Source: Psammoneis japonica
Taxonomy: Eukaryota
Direction of reading: 5' to 3'
DNA: 64,000 nt
NCBI GenBank assembly: GCA_008632985.1
Contig: QPGO01000069.1
Span: 1-64,000 of the forward strand
Shown here in pieces: positions 12,301-22,572 of this stretch. How positions within the stretch are numbered: position 1 is the stretch's first letter; each line of letters starts with the position of its first letter. Position numbers and translations under genes: made by a program. The notes beneath the pieces were generated by a model that searched no databases, was not told the origin of the DNA, and saw nothing but the letters and a program-made list of their open reading frames with translations.

Positions 12301-12339
12301 CTCGAAACCATCGGTTTGTTGCTGACGAGTGAGAACCAT
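6397..12339 (-). pseudogene. gag-pol polyprotein of copia element 1 (frameshifted, internally duplicated and deleted)
   Basis: Gag: FKRGIKRDP, LENAVHP. Protease: LVDRGANGG. Integrase: IATDTV..., LISDRAQVE, HQNFAERR. RT: WATDIGNA, AVYVDD. RNase H: CVDANL, SEFVAAR, GDNKSV, NPADILSK. Confidence 0.95.
9840..10757. repeat. 457-bp tandem duplication of the protease region with TGGC microhomology
   Basis: 9840-10296 is repeated at 10297-10753. TGGC occurs at 9840, 10297 and 10754. 457 is not divisible by 3, so it frameshifts pol. Confidence 0.95.
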
Positions 12340-13265
12340 GGTAGACAAAAGTGGTGTCAGGACAATCAATTCTGGTTGGGAAGCGAAGGCAGACTCGAAA
12401 CTTGGGTGAGAATGGACTTGACTTGAAATGGACTTGACTTGAAATCTTGAACTGTCTTAAAATCAGAAGTCGCCGGGCTTTGTCATCCCGTTCGTTGTCA
12501 AGTGCTAAACTTCCCATCCGGACCGCAGAGTTGTGCCGGCACGTCCGAACCCGCAGCCAGCGGCGCTTTGGGTTGCTTGCGAGCGGAGCAGCGGGTTGTA
12601 AACCCCTGCAGGCAAGCTGAACAGAGGTGGACAAGACCCCCGAACCGTTCTTATTTTGTGTCGGTTGGATTTCCCGATCAGGCTGGCCAGTTGACGCAGG
12701 CGTCAGGCGCTGTGGACGAACGAACAAACGCGGGAAAGCACCCTCGCCCCAATGCAGGCTGCAATCACGGCTGCTTGCTCTCACAGTCGTCCTCGTGGAC
12801 CCAGTAGAACTGTAGAGCACCAGTAGTCCGGGGTAGATCAGGTACAATGGACTCGGTGTGCTTGTAGAGTGGTGGCAAAACCGCAGTCCGAAGAGTGGGT
12901 ACAGGTTCTTGGCCGTGAAGATATGTATATATATATGTCTTCAGCGACGAAGATCCTTGAATATGTAGGGTTCTTGACCGTTAACCGATGAATAGGTATA
13001 TCAAGGGATGAGGATCAAGGATAGACTTGGATATGACCGTTGAATGTATGTCTTCAGCGATCAAAGGTAGTATAATCAATCCAGATATCCAGCGGTAAGG
13101 AGACTTGACGGTGACGTTAACTTCCTGCCGATGCCCTGGTATTGAATGCGCGTAGACTTGCCGATGTATGTAGAATATATACGGAGGTCCACGTAGAATT
13201 GAAATAGCGTCGTTGGTAAATCAACGACGACGATGGCGGTTGCTCAATGGGTTGACAATGAGCAA

Positions 13266-13276
13266 GACTGTTAATC
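13266..13276 (-). other. Putative primer-binding site complementary to a tRNA-Asn(GUU) anticodon arm
   Basis: Plus-strand GACTGTTAATC abuts the 5' LTR and resembles the tRNA-Asn anticodon stem-loop (positions ~30-40). Confidence 0.55.
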
Positions 13277-13552
13277 TGATAGAAAATGAAGGCAAATGGC
13301 AAGAATTCAAACAATAACTCCTTACTGCTGTCTAAATAGCAGATGAGTCTCCGCTCAGAGACCGTTACAGGAGCCGAAAGACGTGTAAGTCGGTATAATC
13401 GGGCTACTGTTATTATTCTTGTGAGTCTTGTGGCTCGAAAGCAAACTACATCGCGCGTGAACGCGCGGAACTAAAGCACACAAAACTGTGCGCGGTAAAC
13501 TAAACAGCGCGCGATGCTTCGCGCGCATCCAAATCCTGTTCAAATCCTGTCA
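13277..13552 (-). repeat. 5' LTR of copia element 1 (276 bp, TpA-retaining copy)
   Basis: TGATAG...CTGTCA, direct repeat of 6120-6396. Confidence 0.97.
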
Positions 13553-14157
13553 AGGGACCTGTGGTTTTGCCAAAAATGCCCCAAATCACGTGATTTGTGA
13601 TTTTGTTCTTCCTGGAGCTGGGGGGCATGCCCCTCTCTGGTGGTGCCAAAGAACAGCAGAAATGAGGACTTGAATTCACTGACAGATCAGAACCCCCCAA
13701 CATTCTTGTTTCTGTAATTCAGCAAGAAGTGATGAGGGCAGAAAGCCTGCATTTTCAGTTGTGGACTGTTGCTTGGAATGACCCGTACATGTATGGCGTT
13801 TATGGTGTGTTCCACGTGTCATCAAATAACACGACCCGGCTATTATTGCCAATGGGGCTTCGGTGCTCTGTAGGGAGCTACGAAAAACATACTGAGAGCG
13901 AAATTCGTTCCGTGAGAAGCCCCTCGAGACCCAGCCACAAGATTTTGTGCGTCTACGCCTGCCTACCTGCTGGCTGTTGTTGGCTGTGTTGAGTGTGCTG
14001 TGTTGAGTTCCATCCTCGTCCATCGGCGTCGCTGTTGTTGCTGCTGCTGCTTTGGCGCTGTTATTGCTTTATTTGCCATTGCTCTTTCTCTTGCGGCAAG
14101 AACGTTAGACTCGTTTCAATCTCTTAGTTGACGCAAGATAAACAACACTTTTTAAAA

Positions 14158-15371
14158 ATGCAGAAAATGCTCATTATGCTCCCCGTCATGTTTGCGGCTC
14201 GCAAGCTTGACGGGGAGGACCCAACCGTTGTGTATTGGCTTCGGGTGGCTTACTTTTCGGTACAGACCATCGTTGTTGCGTTGGTCGCTTTTACCTACAT
14301 TCAAGCCACTGCAGCGGCAAAGGGGAATACCGACCGTACTGTCTATGTGCCTCCTCCTCCTCAGGTATGCAAAGTTGTGTTGTGGATTTCTGGATCATGA
14401 GTCATTGGTGGTTTCGGACATTGAGTTTATCACATTTCTTTTATACTCACCGTAATTCTTTTTTGTTCCTCTTTACAAAGCCATTCGTTGACCCCAACGC
14501 GAAAACGAAGTATTCTGAAGTGAATCTCTCAAAGCATATTCTCACCACGGCTCGCTCGTTGTTGGGTTCTACGCTGTTTGGTATCTTCCTTACGACCGCT
14601 TTGCATTGGTACAAGGGCATGGGTACGTGCTATACTTAGTTTTAGTGTTCATCTTTCAAGATCTTGAAGCTCAGGACCTCTCTTTGTATTTTATTTCTCT
14701 GTTTAAAAAATAGTCATGGGACTGGCTATTCAAACCGTCATGGCTCCGCTCAATCTCTTGGAGATGCTCTCGTCAAGGCTCTTGTTTTGGGAAATGGCAT
14801 TCGACCCGAAGACAAGGTGTTTGGAGAAAAGACGGCAGACGAGTTGACGCCGGACGATGAAGTGGTGGATGCGGGTGGCAATGTTGTTGTGCGAGCCAAT
14901 CAAACAAAAAAGGGAAAAAGGACCTTTGAGGATGTCTTGTTGGACACGTGGGATGCGGGTGAAAAGGCGGATATCGGACCGCTCATGCAAGCGTTGAATG
15001 ACAAGAATTGTAACTACAAAACCAAGGAGAACTCGTGGACGCCGCTCATGATTTTGTGTGGATTGTGTGCCAAGGGTACCGGCAGTGCGGTTCGTCAAGC
15101 CATCGAGTTGGGAGCGGATCCGGCTCTTTGTGATGCGGAAGGATGGAATGCCATGCACTGGGCCGCGTTTCATGGAAGTGCCGAAGCCGCAAGGGCTCTG
15201 TTGGACAGTGACAAGGTTGGTAAGGACCTCTATGTGGTTAAGGACAAGGAAGGCAAGATGCCGCTAGATCATGCACGAGGAGAAGGAAATGATGCGGTCG
15301 CCAAGTTGTTGGAGGATGCAACTACCACAGAAGCGGATAAAAAGGACGATGGATTGCGAAAGCGGAAATGA
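14158..15371 (+). CDS. PHO88/SND3-like membrane protein fused to C-terminal ankyrin repeats; exons 14158-14364, 14481-14622, 14714-15371
   Basis: GT-AG introns join ...VYVPPPPQ/PFVDP...ALHWYKGM/VMGLAIQTVMAPLNL, a PHO88-like pattern. Ankyrin motifs WTPLM, GWNAMHWAAFHG, GKMPLDHA. One 1-bp frameshift near 14763. Confidence 0.75.
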
Positions 15372-15624
15372 GGAGTGTATTCGAATGGCAAACGGAGCGC
15401 CCTTTTTGCTCCTTTTCTGCGTCTAGGTACGGGATTTCATGTTGTGAGAAAGTGCGTGCGTTATCTTGAAGACGACTTTGTTTCACCACAGTAATGTAAA
15501 GGAATATTATAGATGCCATGCAAGCACCTGAAGTCGATTGAACTATTAGTGAGCCATGGTAAAAGCCGAACAATGTTATTGTTTAAGTCATTGTCGACAG
15601 TCTATGAAACACAAACTTGCTCAT

Positions 15625-17402
15625 TTATTTATATTTTTGGCAGAACGCTTCGTGATGATTCTTGAAGAGTTCCACGGCGCGTTCCATTTCTTGTTCAGGA
15701 GGCAAAAAGGTTGTTCGGAACCCATACCGTCCTTCTTCTTGTCCAAAGCCCGAGGCAGGAACGACACAAATACCTGTGCTTTCCAGCAAGGAAATGGCAT
15801 AGAGCGTGTCGGGCGAAATGCCCTCTGCTTTCGCCGCCTCTTGTGCCGCCCATGGAATCTGCACGGAAGGAAAGCAGTACATGGAACCCTGTGCCGGCTG
15901 ACAAGAAAATCCGGGAATACTATCCAAACCATTTCCCACAATACGCGACCGACGTTTTAGGCTGGAATAGACAGCTTTCTTTTCAGCCTCGTGCCTCTCA
16001 TATGATTCGTCACCCGGTTTCGGGCCACGCACCATGAGACTCATCATGATTTGACCATTTACGGTAGAGCACAGGCTAGAAGACGCAAGTTTGTATAGCT
16101 GATCCATGACATCCTCATCAATGCCCACAAGTTCCATGTACCCCCCACGGCGACCGCATTCTCCAAACAAACCCTTGCTGGAGGAATGAAAAGATACGAG
16201 TTCTAATTCACCGCTGTCAATCAATCCGCAATCATGAGCCGCACGTTTGCAGCTTGTGAATTTCGCATTATCGGCATAAACGTTTTCTTGATACACTTCG
16301 TCTGCCAAGAGCACCAGCTTGTGCTTGGCGCAAAACCTGCACACGTCACGGACAGCCTTTTTCGACAGAACTTGTCCCGTGGGGTTGCCAGGGTTGATGA
16401 GAACAAAACTATTGACATTGATTCCAGCCTCTTTTGCGTCCTTGAGCGCACGCTCCAACTCTTTCATATTGAGATCCCACTGATGCTTTTCGTCGAGATA
16501 GTAACCAACCTTTTGACCACCCAACAAGTCAATCGTTGCGCTGTAGATTGGGTATTGCGGTATCGGAATCATAACGCCACTACAATTTCGGTTTGATGGA
16601 TCAACAGACGCAGTGTAAGAAATCACAAAGACAAAACTTAGGTCACATCATAAGAAACAAAACAGAAACTCACCATGTTGAATCTGCGATTAGCGTTTGG
16701 AGCATCATTTGAATCGCCGAACTTGCACCGTTTGTTATGAATATATGTTCAGGATTACTCGGCACTCCCCCATCGCGTGCTTCAATAAAGTCCGCAATAT
16801 CCTTTCGAAAGGCAGCAACTCCTTTGGAATGACTGTAGGCACCCGTACCCATACCACCCATGGCTGCTTGAATTTCCTTGGCACGAGCAATCGCATCCGA
16901 CGGAAACATTTTCGAAGCCATTGGATGGTCGACACCAACCTCGGGAGGCAGTTCTGCCAATGCCAAGACTTGTCTCGGCCATGTTAGTGGCTTTTGACCG
17001 ACCGAATGTGGATTCCCAATGTTGGTGTAAATAATATGATCAAAGGGATAGCTGCCCCTGTCGTTTGCTAAATCGTGACTGATTTTGTCGGCTGCAATCA
17101 CAACCTTTCCACGAACCGCATACTCCATCTCCCGCAAATTTTGCGACATTGTGTCGAGCGTCAGGCGATGAGTAACTAAGAGAGGAGAGTGCAAAAAAAT
17201 GTTTAAGACAACCCATCACAAGCGGAAATACAGATCCACGACGATAATCTTCTACAGCTGTAATTCCCACGCATTTCGCCGACTTCCACTCACCTCGAGG
17301 AGCTGCGACTGTTTCAGAAGCGGCATGTTGACAAGCAACTATAAATACCGTGAGAGAAACAAATCCCTTCTTGATAGGATTTCTACTAGATGTGATGGAC
17401 AT
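15625..17402 (-). CDS. Alanine aminotransferase family (AlaAT / glutamate:glyoxylate aminotransferase-like); exons 17402-17294, 17175-16674, 16579-15625
   Basis: Motifs EYAVRG, NIGNP, GAYSHSKG, IPQYPIYSA, INPGNPTG, LADEVYQ, SFHSSSKG (PLP Lys) and GECGRRGGY. Canonical introns keep the frame. Confidence 0.93.
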
Positions 17403-17567
17403 TATACAACTCCATAAAACTGCAAACAAAAACGGCAACAACTTGCAACAACCACAAAGACGCAGACAATGCAGTGATGCGCCGAGTTGAGTGAAGAAAT
17501 TATTGTGTCAAAGAACGAAGAACAGCGAAAGTTGATGCCGGCCATCTTTTTTCAAAAAATTCGATGC

Positions 17568-17598
17568 TGACGTCGCGTATTTGACGTCATGATGACGT
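17568..17598. promoter_or_regulatory. Cluster of three TGACGT (CRE/CCRE-like, bZIP) motifs in the divergent AlaAT/oxidoreductase promoter
   Basis: TGACGT at 17568, TGACGTCA at 17582, TGACGT at 17593. Confidence 0.6.
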
Positions 17599-17808
17599 GA
17601 AGTAAATTGTGCGAGTGAGGGAAATGGCGCGCGCCACGCGCACAAAAATCTTTCTGTCTGTGCGTCTCTCCGGTTCAACTTGCCGCTCTGCCAGCGCTCG
17701 GCGCTCGGCGCTCGCAACTCGGCACTCGGCGCTCGGCTTTTTTTCATGTCATTTTATTTTCTTTTCTGTTGTTGCGTTGTTGCTACTTCTGGCGTTTTCG
17801 ATAATCAA

Positions 17809-19220
17809 ATGAAGACGGCGCATCAGTCCTTGGTCCCTGGAAGCACTTGTCGATCGATCTGGTTTCTTTTTGTAATTTTGTTGCTCAGCTGTGTAAAATT
17901 CAGCATGTCCTTGGCAGCTTCTCGCAACATCGTGGTGGTTGGCGGCGGCATTCAGGGAACTTCTGTTGCCTTTCACCTGGCCCAGCAAGACAAGAATGCC
18001 AATATTTTACTATTGGAATCCAAAGCTCCAGCCTCCGCAGCGTCTGGAAAGGGTGGAGGTTTTATGGCTCGCAGTTGGGGAGACGGCACGCCCACGCAGA
18101 GATTGCATGAATTGGCGTTTGATATGTACGAACGTCTGGCGGTTGAGTTGGATTGCAAATCGTATCGGAAGCTTCCCGTTCTGTCTGTATCTCCCGGAAA
18201 TAAGGGTCTCGCATCGGCACGAAAGGACCGAATCGTCAAGGATTTGTTACCCGGTTGGTTGGACGGCAATGTGGGAAGAATCTCAGCCATGGGCTTGGGT
18301 GATGATACCGCACAAGTTACTCCGTCTGAATTTGTGACAAAAATGCTGGAAAAAACTTCCAACCAAGTCAAGGTTGTCTTGGGAACATGTACGGGAGTAG
18401 AAACAATGGATAACGACGATTGCAAGCAAATTACAGGCATCACGTACAAACCCCGTGATGCTCCCGACAGCACTACCGAAACGATTGAAGCTGATGCTGT
18501 AGTGGTTTCTGCGGGTCCTTGGTCGTGCGCAGCAGAACAATGGTTTGACGGTTCGGTTCAACTTCCCATGGAAGGTATCAAGAGCACCAGTATTGTTTGG
18601 AAGAAGCCAGAGAATGAAGAGGTTGATGGAACTGCACTCTTTTGCGGGGAGGACAACCGTTTTGGAACTCACTGTAAGCTTTCAATATTTGATTTCGTCG
18701 TGTCAAAGCTGTTCGTGTCTCACAGTCTTTCCTCTTGGTCTGCATTATCATCTCTAGTGGAAGTCTATCCTCGTCCGGATGGTACAATTTACATTTGCGG
18801 TATTGGTGGCTCAGACTACATTCCCAAGGAGGATTGCAAGCGGGTGCTTTTCTGGAAACGTGCGACGCCAAGGAAACCCGTGTCGAGGCTGCCTCGGCAT
18901 CCTTTCAGGAAATGTCAAAGCAGTACAAACAAAACGGTGAATTGGACAGAGTTCAGGCGTGCATGAGACCGTGTCCGCCGGATGCCATGCCGTACATGGG
19001 CCGTGTTCCAGGATATGAGGGTGCCTTCATGAATGCAGGACACAATTGCTGGGGAATAGCATGGGCACCCGCATGTGGACAAGCCATGGCAGAGTTGGTT
19101 TTGACTGGTGAATGCTCTAGTGTTAATTTGGCTCCATTTGATCCAGCAAGATTTACGAGAAGGGTTCGTGGTGGGCGAGGTAGAAAAAAGAAAGGAGCAA
19201 GTGTCGGAGAACAGTGGTAG
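17809..19220 (+). CDS. FAD-dependent oxidoreductase (DAO/glycine oxidase-like family); intron 18674-18757
   Basis: Rossmann motif VVVGGGIQG, ASGKGGGF, VVSAGPWS, ACMRPCPPDAMP, AGHNCWGI. 1-bp frameshift near 18832. Confidence 0.88.
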
Positions 19221-19530
19221 ACCTCCTCCGTACTTAGTCATGGTTATGCGAGTAAATACCGTAGAAGTATGCACCAAACTATCCGAAATGCAATGATAGA
19301 TGCGTTGGCTTTCTGCGTCCCTCCCAGCAATACAGCCGATTAATCCTTTCCGGTTCATTCCATTTTCAATTTTAGATTTGCTTTTTCAGAGAAACGGAAG
19401 ATGGGAGGACCATGGAGCCCGCGCCAAAAAAATCACGGGTATGGTAGCGCGTATGCGCGCGGGGAAGCAGAATCATCGGCTGACATTCAACATTCAACAC
19501 TCGAGCACCGGTATCCGATATGCCGCAACC

Positions 19531-20832
19531 ATGGCGGATGTCGTAGACGATGCGAGCCCCCCATATGGTGTTGTACTACCTCCGACGGCAGAACGTTGTT
19601 TGCTTCGTCGACTTCCAAAGGAGGTTTCACGAAGGATCGTATCGTACGGCGACGTTGAATCGAACGTGCGACTTGCGGCGTGTTCGTCAGGGCTAAGACG
19701 CTTTGTGTACCGAGACTGCCCCAGTGCATGGGCCGAGATTGATTTTGAGAGTGTAACGAATGCGAGTAACATCACTGATGCTGATCTCTTTACCTTGCTC
19801 AAGAACGTCGACGCTCACAAGGTGACGAGATCCCTCTCCTTGATGGGCTGCACCTCGGTTCGAGGCGGCGGACTGTCTGCGCTGATGTACTCGCGTCGCC
19901 TGGAAGAGATTGAACTCCGACGGAGCAGCGAGGAGATGGAAAGGTATGACCAAACAGGCCTTAAAAACTCAATTATAATTGGGGTGCTGAAGTCGATGCC
20001 TCCAATCAACACAAACCTCACGGCTTATCAAGGAGTCCCTGTTGGACTGAAAGTAGTCAAGTTTCGAAAGCAGCATGCAAACGCGGCGACCTTTTTTTCT
20101 TCATTTGATAACCCGATTGCTGACTTCTATGAAAGGCTACAAAGCGCCACTGCGGAGAGCATGAGAAAGCATCGAACTGCGTGTGATTTTTGTCACCGAG
20201 CAATCGTAGATACCATTGACGAAGACGACTTTGAGTGGCAGGGACAGTTGTCTTATTGCAGTGATTGCAAGGCGTTTACTTGCGACTTTTGCAGTGAAGG
20301 GATTTCTGAATGCCGTGCATGCATTGGTCAATACTGCAGTGAATGCAGATCTGTAACTTATTGTGTCGATTGCGACCAACCATTTTGCGAAAAGTGCAAG
20401 GAATCGTTCTATTGTGAATTCTGTGATAAGGCATTTTGTGAAGAATGTCGAGATGCCACGTTGTGTGACATCTGTGAGAGTGCCTCTTGTCATTCGTGTC
20501 GTGGTGTCCTCAGCTGCCGGGCTTGCAGTCGGTCGTACTGCAAAAAGTGCATGCCTGCTGTGGAATTTTGCGACAAATGCAAGGAGATCTATTGCATCTT
20601 ATGCAGCCCTGTCGTGGAATGCCATCGCTGTGGATTCTCTTCTTGTACATTCTGCTCTGCGGTGATGAGGCAGGTTTCAAAGGATTGCAAAGGATCGTGC
20701 ACTAATTGTCAACGTGTGTGCAAATGCCTCGGATGCACGCTTGGTCGAGCCAAACAGCAACTCATTACCAAGTACTTTGTGCCATTGAAGGAAAGCAGCA
20801 GCCCCGAAAGGAAGCGACCTCGTCTTGTTTAG
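19531..20832 (+). CDS. F-box-like / LRR-like protein with long CxxC-repeat Cys-rich C-terminus, paralog A
   Basis: F-box-like LLRRLPKEVSRRIVSY...W, LSLMGC LRR-like segment, many CxxC repeats, C-terminal RKRPRL (NLS-like). Confidence 0.7.
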   Translation: MADVVDDASPPYGVVLPPTAERCLLRRLPKEVSRRIVSYGDVESNVRLAACSSGLRRFVYRDCPSAWAEIDFESVTNASNITDADLFTLLKNVDAHKVTRSLSLMGCTSVRGGGLSALMYSRRLEEIELRRSSEEMERYDQTGLKNSIIIGVLKSMPPINTNLTAYQGVPVGLKVVKFRKQHANAATFFSSFDNPIADFYERLQSATAESMRKHRTACDFCHRAIVDTIDEDDFEWQGQLSYCSDCKAFTCDFCSEGISECRACIGQYCSECRSVTYCVDCDQPFCEKCKESFYCEFCDKAFCEECRDATLCDICESASCHSCRGVLSCRACSRSYCKKCMPAVEFCDKCKEIYCILCSPVVECHRCGFSSCTFCSAVMRQVSKDCKGSCTNCQRVCKCLGCTLGRAKQQLITKYFVPLKESSSPERKRPRLV

Positions 20833-21267
20833 GTTGGTCATTGCTACGTACGGTATTGCGACCGTGGCTATGACCTGGCAAATGGTTTACGGGCGCGAAT
20901 TGTTTCTTGTTTCTCAATGAACGGTAGATTGGGAAAATGCGCTAAGACGACCCAGAGTTGCCTCGGGTTCGATCTAAGGCACATAAACGGATGAACCTTC
21001 TCTAGAGTGCGAAAGGGTCTGGAGTAAAGAGGGCATACCTAGTACCATAAAGATATTCACTCTTCAAGCTGACATGTTCTAAGGATACAACGTAATTTTG
21101 CTTTCCCTAACACTTTTCACTACCCCTTTTTGTTAGTTTCCGAGATGGCTACGATCGCTTCAAGCTACAATGATCGGTGACATCATAAGGGCAACAACAT
21201 TGCGTCGAAAGCGACCAATCAATCGGATGGAGCCGTACAAGCGCATTTATAATACTTGAAACTCCTC

Positions 21268-22196
21268 CTACATGAACTTTGCTTGGCTAAAATCCATTTC
21301 AGGATGCTGCTTCTTGAACCTCTCAAACGCATCAAGCTTGTCCTGTTCCTCACTCGTAGGCAATCCCATTGCTTTTTGGCGCTGATCATACATCATCTTT
21401 TCTACTGTCTGTTGTATTTCACCGTCCAGATCGGATAGACTAGATGACTCTGGCTGAATCGTCTTGACATCAATCTTGGCATCCCCCTCGACTACACAAT
21501 CCCACCATTCCATTTGATCAAGCTTTTGTAAATTAATCACCAACGCATTACCGTCCTCGATAGTCCAAAACGAATCATCGACAATAACGCTTTTGCAGAG
21601 CGGAGCGTTGACGATGAATTCCTTTTCAGCCTTGAGACCAACCTTGAGATGCTTTTTGTGGATGACTACATTCAAATCCCGTGCACGAGAACCTTGTGGT
21701 AGGGGAACGTTGACATTGACTTCAGCCAAGGTTTGTGTCCAGACATACTTGCCCTCGACTGTACCGCCGTTTCCTACCGGCGGCGGTGCCTTCGTCTCGT
21801 CGTTGTCGTCGTTTTGTTGTGTGGACGGAGCGGCCGCTTCTTTAGTTTCCGGAGGTGTCTTTTTAGGTTCTTCAATCTTTTTCGTATCTTTCTTAGGTTG
21901 AGCAGAAGCAGGTTTCGGTGTCTTGGTTGGAGATACATCAAAGCCACCGTCGTTTCCAATCTCGACCACATCTTCAGACTTTTCTTTCTCCTCCGTCTTT
22001 TTCTTTTCCTTTTTCTTCTTTGATGCTGCCGCTTTTTTATTCTTGGCCTCTTGTTCCTTTTCATATAGCTTCAAGTGCTTATCCAAGACCTTTTGCACGG
22101 TTTGAACCGCCATTTTCGTTCCTCCCTTGCCTTCCGGACCTGCAAAGAAATCGGTCTTGCGTCTAAGAAACGAGAATACACTGTCTAGCAGCGGTT
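21268..22196 (-). pseudogene. 5'-truncated NudC copy (no start codon, no first ~28 codons, no promoter)
   Basis: Near-identical to 31104-32023 but cut at the duplication junction. Reads DGEIQ where the intact copy reads DGETQ. Confidence 0.85.
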
Positions 22197-22412
22197 GTTC
22201 CAGGATATGAGGGTGCCTTCATGAATGCAGGACACAATTGCTGGGGAATAGCATGGGCACCCGCGTGTGGACAAGCCATGGCAGAGTTGGTTTTGACTGG
22301 CGAATGCTCTAGTATTAATTTGGCTCCATTTGATCCAGCAAGATTTACGAGAAGGGTTCGTGGTGGGCGAGGTAGAAAAAAGAAAGGAGCAAGTGTCGGA
22401 GAACAGTGGTAG
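22197..22412 (+). pseudogene. 3' fragment of the FAD oxidoreductase gene
   Basis: Copy of 19005-19220 (MNAGHNCWGIAWAPACG...GEQW*) with no upstream exons. Confidence 0.9.
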
Positions 22413-22572
22413 ACCTGCTCCGTACTTAGTCATGGTTATGCGAGTAAATAGAAGTATGCACCAAACTATCCGAAAGGCAATGATAGATGTGTTGGCTTTC
22501 TGCGTCCCTCCCAGCAATACAGCCGCATTAATCCTTTCCAGTTCATTCCATTTTCGATTTGCTTTTTCAGTG

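Larger units (their letters stand above)
6120..13552 (-). mobile_element. Full-length Ty1/copia (CoDi-like) LTR retrotransposon, hypermutated
   Basis: TG...CA LTRs at 6120-6396 and 13277-13552. 5-bp TSD AGGGA at 6115-6119 and 13553-13557. PPT next to the left LTR. Domain order gag-PR-IN-RT-RH on the minus strand. Confidence 0.97.
19004..22196. repeat. Segmental tandem duplication, copy A (~3.2 kb)
   Basis: Repeated at 22196-32023, where a copia is inserted. The junction GCGGTT|GTTCCAGG at ~22196 fuses NudC sequence to oxidoreductase sequence. Confidence 0.95.

Noticed and set aside
13260..13276. tRNA-Asn gene
   Set aside because: Only an 11-nt anticodon-arm match with no cloverleaf; interpreted as a PBS.
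6120..13552. Classical RIP (CpA to TpA) acting on the 5' LTR
   Set aside because: Conserved Tyr codons in pol became Cys/His and the TE body is TpA-poor, so the direction is TA loss, not gain.
17693..17738. GCGCTCG heptamer repeats upstream of the oxidoreductase
   Set aside because: Short imperfect simple repeat with no evidence of function.
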